Assembly (NCBI GenBank): GCA_041299015.1
Contig: JBFYWB010000095.1
Span: 12,275 to 76,274, forward strand
Direction of reading: 5' to 3'
From: Deltaproteobacteria bacterium
GTDB lineage: Bacteria; Desulfobacterota; Desulfobacteria; Desulfobacterales; SG8-13
Length of the DNA stretch: 64,000 nt
Shown: positions 58,804 to 64,000 of the stretch, piece after piece
How the letters are laid out: each line of letters opens with the position of its first letter
Position numbering within the stretch: position 1 is the first letter of the stretch
The notes under the pieces: generated by a model
Told to the model about the DNA's origin: nothing
Databases searched by the model: none
Seen by the model: the letters and a program-made list of their open reading frames with translations, nothing else
Translations under genes and position numbers: made by a program

Positions 58804-58832
58804 TTGAACCGCGTTTTTAATTGGATTATACA
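58804..58832 (+). promoter_or_regulatory. candidate sigma-70 promoter of the duplicated-domain protein gene
   Basis: TTGAAC, 17 nt, TATACA, 57 nt upstream of ATG 58889. AAGGAGG RBS. Confidence 0.35.
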
Positions 58833-58888
58833 AAGAATCCGACACGGCGTCCTACTTTAGGGCAAATCACTTAAAAAAAGGAGGCAGA

Positions 58889-59305
58889 ATGAGTTTATCC
58901 GATAAACATGTCGATGACACCCCGCCGAACCCGGCCATCGCGGAGGAGATCACCGCAAACCTCCGCAAGGATACGCTGGCGTGTGCCGTTGCCTTTGACA
59001 TCGCCGCAAAACTCGGTTGCCCACCGGCCGAGGTTGGCCGGACGGCCGACCTGATGAACGTCAGCCTGGTCAAATGTCAGCTGGGACTGTTCGGATATAA
59101 GCCGCAGAAAAAGATCGTCGAATCCCGCATGCCGCAGGAACCGGCTCTCGGCGACGCCATTCGAGACGGATTGGTCAACGATCGGCTGCCATGCGAGGCG
59201 GCCTGGCGCATCGCCGCCGATTTCGGTGTGCCGAAAATGAGCGTCAGTGGCGTTTGCGAAGCGTTGGGCATTAAAATCAAGCCTTGTCAACTCGGCGCCT
59301 TCTGA
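58889..59305 (+). CDS. hypothetical protein made of two tandem HTH-like repeats, each ending in CQLG-x-F
   Basis: 138 aa. Residues 21-68 and 91-138 align at an exact 70-aa offset: I-x3-L-x2-D-x-L-x-C-x2-A-x2-IAA-x2-G-x-P-x3-V-x13-CQLG-x-F. Strong RBS. Confidence 0.6.
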   Translation: MSLSDKHVDDTPPNPAIAEEITANLRKDTLACAVAFDIAAKLGCPPAEVGRTADLMNVSLVKCQLGLFGYKPQKKIVESRMPQEPALGDAIRDGLVNDRLPCEAAWRIAADFGVPKMSVSGVCEALGIKIKPCQLGAF

Positions 59306-59313
59306 AAGGCGCC
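59294..59313. terminator. hairpin spanning the stop codon, between convergent genes
   Basis: GGCGCCTT, loop CTGA, AAGGCGCC (perfect 8-bp stem). No clear U-tract. Confidence 0.3.
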
Positions 59314-59329
59314 TACCCGGACACCCAAC

Positions 59330-59989
59330 TCACAGAATCCCGTTTTCGCCCACAAAGGGGTTGGTGCGGCGCTCTTTACCGATGGTGGTCGGTTCCATGT
59401 GACCCGGGTAAACGACCACATCGTCGGCGAGTGCAAACAGTTTGTTCTGAATATTTTGCTTCAATGTCGCGGCATTTCCGCCCGCGAAATCGGTGCGCCC
59501 GACCGAACCGGCAAAAAGGGTGTCGCCAACGAAAACGCACGCATCGGTGAAAAGCGATATGCCGCCTTGCGTGTGACCGGGCGTGTGCAGCACTTTCAGG
59601 GTAATGGTGCCGAAGACGACCGTGTCGCCGTCTTCCAGCATCCGGTCGGGAGCCGGTGAATCCTCAGCCGACAGTCCCCAGGAGGCGGCACTGGCAGAAA
59701 GCTGGTCCAGCATCGGAGCATCGAGGCGGTGGATGAGAATCGGGGCGCCGGTGACGTCCTTGAGGCGTTTGTTCGCACCGACATGGTCGAAATGACCATG
59801 AGTGTTGATGATATACCGAAGCTTCAAACGAGAGCGGGCCAGGGTCATCAAAATCCGATCGGCCTCGCCGCCCGGATCGATCACGACGGCCTCCCTCGTT
59901 TCCTCACAGCCCAAGATGTAGCAATTGGCCTGGATTGGTCCGACTGTCAACGACTCGATAATCAAGTGGTCCTCCTTAACTGGCACCAC
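59330..59989 (-). CDS. MBL-fold metallo-hydrolase (glyoxalase II-like)
   Basis: INTHGHFDHVGAN motif; HTPGHTQGG; 219 aa. Confidence 0.8.
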   Translation of the reverse strand: MVPVKEDHLIIESLTVGPIQANCYILGCEETREAVVIDPGGEADRILMTLARSRLKLRYIINTHGHFDHVGANKRLKDVTGAPILIHRLDAPMLDQLSASAASWGLSAEDSPAPDRMLEDGDTVVFGTITLKVLHTPGHTQGGISLFTDACVFVGDTLFAGSVGRTDFAGGNAATLKQNIQNKLFALADDVVVYPGHMEPTTIGKERRTNPFVGENGIL

Positions 59990-60091
59990 CGCGCTTTTTC
60001 TTGCATTCGCACAAGAGGCGCGGCCGCCCCATTGCTGAACAGGTCGAGCTCAACGGCTCGAGCGGGTTAATTCTTTCTTGGGTGCCCCTTC

Positions 60092-60544
60092 TCAATCAGC
60101 GGGTTGCGGTTGAGGGTCGGGTGTTTTCTGAAGAGGCGGGTCTTCGCAATCGATACGGACACTGTCCAGAATTCCATTGATGAAGGCGCCCGACTCTTCG
60201 GAACCGTATTTTTTGCCGATGTCGATGGCTTCGTTGATGGACACTTTGGCCGGGATGTCGCTGCAAAAAAGCATCTCGTAAATGGCAATGCGCATGATGT
60301 TCCGATCGACGCACGACATGCGGCTGATCCGCCAGTTGCGTGAGAACCTTTCGATCAACCGGTCGATCAAGGCGCGCGACCCGTTGACACCCCGGATCAA
60401 CTCCAGGAAGAACGGACGAGCCTTGGCCGGCGGGTCGTAGTGATCGCAGAAGCGCTGCAGCATCTCATCGGACACATCACCGGTCATGTCCATGCAAAAT
60501 AGGGCTTGCAGCGCCAGTTCACGGGCTTTACGGCGAATTCCCAT
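60092..60544 (-). CDS. nusB: transcription antitermination factor NusB
   Basis: MGIRRKARELALQALF start, 2 nt after the ribH stop. VDRNIMRIAIYEM, EAIDIGKKYG. The track ORF to 60742 is an extension inside ribH. Confidence 0.9.
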   Translation of the reverse strand: MGIRRKARELALQALFCMDMTGDVSDEMLQRFCDHYDPPAKARPFFLELIRGVNGSRALIDRLIERFSRNWRISRMSCVDRNIMRIAIYEMLFCSDIPAKVSINEAIDIGKKYGSEESGAFINGILDSVRIDCEDPPLQKTPDPQPQPAD

Positions 60545-60546
60545 TT

Positions 60547-61020
60547 TCAATCCTGTGCGACGGTCCCCATCAAATTGGCCATTTCCACCGCCGACATAGC
60601 GGCTTGCCAGCCTTTGTTGCCGGACTTGGTGCCGGCTCTTTCGATCGCCTGTTCGACCGTATCGGTTGTCAGGACGCCGAAGATGACCGGGACGCCGGAA
60701 TCCAAGCCGACTTGGGCCACGCCTTTGCTGACTTCGGCGCACACATAGTCAAAATGCGGCGTGGCACCGCGAATCACCGCTCCGAGGCAGATGACGGCAT
60801 CGTAACGGTTGGATTGGACTGCTTTTTTTGCCGCCAGCGGGATCTCGAAAGCTCCCGGCACTTTCACTATCTGGATATCGGCTTCCTTTGCACCGGTGCG
60901 GATCAGGGCATCCAGTGCCCCGCCCAACAATTTTTCGGTGATGAAATCATTGAAGCGGCTGACCACGATCCCAAAGCGCTTGCCTTCGGCGATGAGCTGT
61001 CCTTCCAGGATTTTCACCAT
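60547..61020 (-). CDS. ribH: 6,7-dimethyl-8-ribityllumazine synthase
   Basis: [47 protein letters not shown] before ATG 61020. Confidence 0.95.
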   Translation of the reverse strand: MVKILEGQLIAEGKRFGIVVSRFNDFITEKLLGGALDALIRTGAKEADIQIVKVPGAFEIPLAAKKAVQSNRYDAVICLGAVIRGATPHFDYVCAEVSKGVAQVGLDSGVPVIFGVLTTDTVEQAIERAGTKSGNKGWQAAMSAVEMANLMGTVAQD

Positions 61021-61058
61021 TTCGACTCCTCCCGGTTTGGTTCGATCAGGTTGGGGAC

Positions 61059-62300
61059 TCATTGATGCGATATCGGATTGATGACGCCCTCGTCGTCAAA
61101 GTGCAATAAATGGCCCATTTTGAGTTTCTTGCATTCGAGGTAGCAGCGATTGTATTCGTTCGGTTTCACTTCTATGGGAATCTGCTCCACGATGGTCAGC
61201 CCGTAGCCTTCCAGCCCGATCATTTTTTTGGGATTGTTGGTCAAAAGACGCATCTTGCGGACCCCCAAGTCGACGAGCATCTGGGCCCCCAAACCATAAT
61301 CGCGCATATCGGCCTTAAATCCGAGTCGGCGGTTGGCTTCGACCGTATCGAGTCCCTGCTTGCGCTGTAATTCATAAGCCTTCAGTTTATTGACCAGGCC
61401 GATCCCCCGGCCTTCCTGGCGCAGATAGAGAATGACCCCAAGACCTTCCGTTTCGATCATGGACATGGCTTTGTGCAGCTGGTCGCCGCAGTCGCAGCGC
61501 AGCGAGCCGAAAATATCTCCGGTCATGCACTCCGAGTGGACCCTGACCATGACCGGTTTTTCAGGATCGACCTGGCCTTTGACCAATGCAAGGTGGAGCT
61601 GATGATCGACATCGTTCTCGAATGCGATCATCCTGAATTCGCCGCCGTGTTGGGTAGGGATGACAGATTCGGCGGCGCGATGGACGAAAGATTCGTTTTT
61701 CATGCGATATTCGACCAGATCGGCAATGGTGCAAATGCCGATGCCGTTTTCCCGGCTGAATTTTTCCAAAGCCGGCATGCGCGCCATGGTTCCGTCATCA
61801 TCCATGATTTCACAGATGACGCCGGCCGGTTTCAACCCGGCCATGCGCGCCAGGTCGACCGACCCTTCGGTCTGACCGACCCGGACCATCACACCGCCCT
61901 CCCGGGCGCGCAAGGGGAAAATGTGGCCGGGGCGGACGAGGTCGCTCGGCTTGGCGTCGTCCGCCACCGCGGTGAGAACGGTTCTGGCGCGATCGGCAGC
62001 CGATATCCCGGTGGTCACGCCGCAGCGGGCCTCTATCGAAACGGTGAACCCGGTCTGAAAGGCCGAGGTGTTGTTGTCGACCATCATCGGCAGATCGAGC
62101 TTGTCGATCATCGTGTTCGACATGGCCAGGCAGATCAGGCCGCGCCCGTATTTGGCCATGAAATTAATGGCCGCGGGCGTTACCTTCTCGGCCGCCATAC
62201 ACAGGTCGCCTTCATTTTCACGGTCTTCGTCATCCACCAGTATGACCATCCGACCGGCTCTGATTTCTTCGATGGCATTTTCGATTTCAAGAATTGGCAT
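61059..62300 (-). CDS. ribBA: bifunctional 3,4-dihydroxy-2-butanone-4-phosphate synthase / GTP cyclohydrolase II
   Basis: [41 protein letters not shown] before ATG 62300. Confidence 0.95.
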   Translation of the reverse strand: MPILEIENAIEEIRAGRMVILVDDEDRENEGDLCMAAEKVTPAAINFMAKYGRGLICLAMSNTMIDKLDLPMMVDNNTSAFQTGFTVSIEARCGVTTGISAADRARTVLTAVADDAKPSDLVRPGHIFPLRAREGGVMVRVGQTEGSVDLARMAGLKPAGVICEIMDDDGTMARMPALEKFSRENGIGICTIADLVEYRMKNESFVHRAAESVIPTQHGGEFRMIAFENDVDHQLHLALVKGQVDPEKPVMVRVHSECMTGDIFGSLRCDCGDQLHKAMSMIETEGLGVILYLRQEGRGIGLVNKLKAYELQRKQGLDTVEANRRLGFKADMRDYGLGAQMLVDLGVRKMRLLTNNPKKMIGLEGYGLTIVEQIPIEVKPNEYNRCYLECKKLKMGHLLHFDDEGVINPISHQ

Positions 62301-62394
62301 CTTGACCTCACTCCTTTTGAGGCTGACGGCACGGCAAAAGAAGCGATCCGGACTCGGCATGATCACGCAGGCTCATCAAGGCTTCCTCTGTCCG

Positions 62395-63060
62395 TTACAG
62401 GTATTCTTTGTTGAATGGAAATTCACCCTCGGCGGTTTCGGACCGGTTTCGAGCCGCGGTCTTTGCGACGGCCCCGCCGGAGGAAAACCGCTCGACATAT
62501 TTGCCGATCATGTCGGTTTCGATGTTTACCGCGGCGCCGATTTTTTTGAGGCGCAGGGTCGTCGCCAAAGTCGTGTGCGGTATGATGCTGACCTCGAAAC
62601 GGTCCACGGTGCACCGGTTGATGGTCAGGCTGATGCCGTCCACGGCCACCGACCCCTTTTCGATCATGTAACGGGAAAGCGCCGCGTCGACGCCGATGGT
62701 AAGAATGATGGCGTTCGCTTTTTTCCCGATCGCCTTCATGGTCCCGATGCCGTCGATGTGCCCCGAAACCAGGTGTCCGTCGAGGCGGTCGCAAAAACGC
62801 AGGGCCCTCTCGAGATTGACCCGCTCACCGACCCGCGCCGTAGCGAAGGTCGTGCGGACGATCGTTTCGGCAGACACATCGGCTTCGAAGCGTTTGCCGG
62901 ATATCGTCACGGCCGTCAGACAGGCGCCGCTGACGGCGATGCTGTCACCGACCCGGGTCCCCTCGAGCCCATAATCGGCGGTGACCGCCAGGCGCCGGGC
63001 CTGGCCGACGGGCCGTATGGCCGAAATAGTTCCCATCCCTTCTATGATGCCGGTGAACAT
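62395..63060 (-). CDS. ribE: riboflavin synthase (alpha chain)
   Basis: [10 protein letters not shown] start; duplicated barrel ([12 protein letters not shown] / [11 protein letters not shown]). Confidence 0.95.
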   Translation of the reverse strand: MFTGIIEGMGTISAIRPVGQARRLAVTADYGLEGTRVGDSIAVSGACLTAVTISGKRFEADVSAETIVRTTFATARVGERVNLERALRFCDRLDGHLVSGHIDGIGTMKAIGKKANAIILTIGVDAALSRYMIEKGSVAVDGISLTINRCTVDRFEVSIIPHTTLATTLRLKKIGAAVNIETDMIGKYVERFSSGGAVAKTAARNRSETAEGEFPFNKEYL

Positions 63061-63164
63061 GAATATGAGAAATCAGTTTTGGGTTTTAGGCTTTAAGGTT
63101 TAGGTGCGAGGCTTTCGATCGAAGATGTTCTCATTTATCGCTTAAAGCCCAACACCAAAAACAA

Positions 63165-64000
63165 TCAGATATACCCTTCGATCATCACGTCCTCGCCGAT
63201 CTGGTGTGCCTGCATTTTTTTTATCGGCAGGCAGTCTTGCATCAGCTCCGGTCCCGGTCCGCGGCAGATCGGCACGCCATCGTCGCCGCCCAGAATTTTC
63301 GGCGCAAAAAAGAAGATGACCTTATCGACGATGCCGTCCCTGAATGCCGAAGCGATAACCCGGCCTCCGCCTTCCACCAGAAGGCTGGTAATCTCGGCCG
63401 CGCCGAGGGCCGCCATCAGTTGGCCGAGATCGACCCGGCCCTCCTTGAGCGGGAAGGAAAGGATGCGCACGCCGTTTTTTTCAAGCCGTAATTTCTTTTC
63501 TTCAGGGACCACGGGTCCGGTGACGACGGTGGTGCCGGTGGCGAAACCGCTTTGTACCACACGGGCATTTTCCGAGATCGACAGCCGCGTGTCCAGAATG
63601 ACCCGAAGCGGGTTCTTGCCGTGAAATCCACTGATACGGGTTGTCAGGCTGGGGTCGTCGCGGTTGACCGTTTTCACCCCGACCATAATGGCATCTGCGG
63701 CGTGGCGCAAACGGTGAACGAGCTGGCGCGACGCTTCCCCCGATACCCACCTGGCATCACCGGTTCGGGTGGCGATTCGACCATCCAGCGTTGCAGCGCA
63801 TTTAACGGTCACAAACGGTCGCCGGGTGCGCACAAATTTGATGAAGACCTCGTTTTGCCGTGCCGCGCGGTCTTCACAAACCCCGCTGGTAACCGTTACG
63901 CCTTTGCCTGCCAGGAACGCAAGGCCACCTCCCTTGACCTCCGGGTTCGGATCCCGCATGGCCACCACGATCCGGCGGATACCGGCTGCCAGTATCTTTT
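63165..64000 (-). CDS. ribD: bifunctional riboflavin-biosynthesis deaminase/reductase RibD; 5' end beyond window
   Basis: The reading frame stays open to the window edge (...KILAAGIRRIVVAMRDPNPEVKGGG). The C-terminal reductase domain is present. Confidence 0.9.
   Translation of the reverse strand, partial: KILAAGIRRIVVAMRDPNPEVKGGGLAFLAGKGVTVTSGVCEDRAARQNEVFIKFVRTRRPFVTVKCAATLDGRIATRTGDARWVSGEASRQLVHRLRHAADAIMVGVKTVNRDDPSLTTRISGFHGKNPLRVILDTRLSISENARVVQSGFATGTTVVTGPVVPEEKKLRLEKNGVRILSFPLKEGRVDLGQLMAALGAAEITSLLVEGGGRVIASAFRDGIVDKVIFFFAPKILGGDDGVPICRGPGPELMQDCLPIKKMQAHQIGEDVMIEGYI

Noticed and set aside
57248-58807. 519-aa plus-strand ORF
   Set aside because: It is antisense to proS and ispG, both of which are unambiguous. 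The translation is low-complexity (R/G/D/H/F) with no recognisable domain.

Overview
64-kb chromosomal segment, GC roughly in the high 50s % (judged by eye and a few hand-counted lines). Gene content suggests a Gram-negative, flagellated, probably anaerobic Desulfobacterota-like bacterium, but this is inference only. I support about 60 protein genes. I found no rRNA, tRNA, CRISPR array or intact mobile element. Most of the window is housekeeping: panC, metK-ahcY, nadK, a livKHMGF transporter, hldE-hldD, purN, trxA, bamD, rpmB, relA/spoT, proS, ispG, nusB-ribH-ribBA-ribE-ribD, ubiX-ubiD, and motAB behind a good sigma-28 promoter. Three parts look accessory or unusual. (1) 2.3-6.3 kb is a zone of gene decay. 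It holds a ligase-associated exonuclease followed by only an 18-codon stub of its DNA ligase, a frameshifted and truncated YeeE/YedE pair, a clearly AT-rich (about 40% GC) dehydrogenase gene, a cupin-HTH-YajD(HNH) trio, and a 24-codon LutA-like stub. (2) 7.9-12.9 kb holds a pair of sigma-54 activators whose functions appear split. One has only AAA+ with GAFTGA and an HTH. The other has a receiver and an AAA+ core but no GAFTGA loop and no HTH. Next to them is a membrane-anchored Hanks-type kinase with large insertions. (3) 26.5-39.8 kb is a 13-kb co-directional catabolic array: RidA, a DAO-family flavoenzyme, an M24-fold protein with its metal ligands replaced, a DMT exporter, a second liv transporter, a 1200-aa PutA and an isochorismatase-like hydrolase. 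Two further candidates are an orphan CbbQ/NorQ-type AAA+ plus 933-aa NorD/CbbO-like VWA pair with a trailing 146-aa unknown (42.5-46.8 kb), and a 138-aa internally duplicated Cys-motif protein (58.9 kb). All functional calls rest on motif recognition from memory; no database search was possible.
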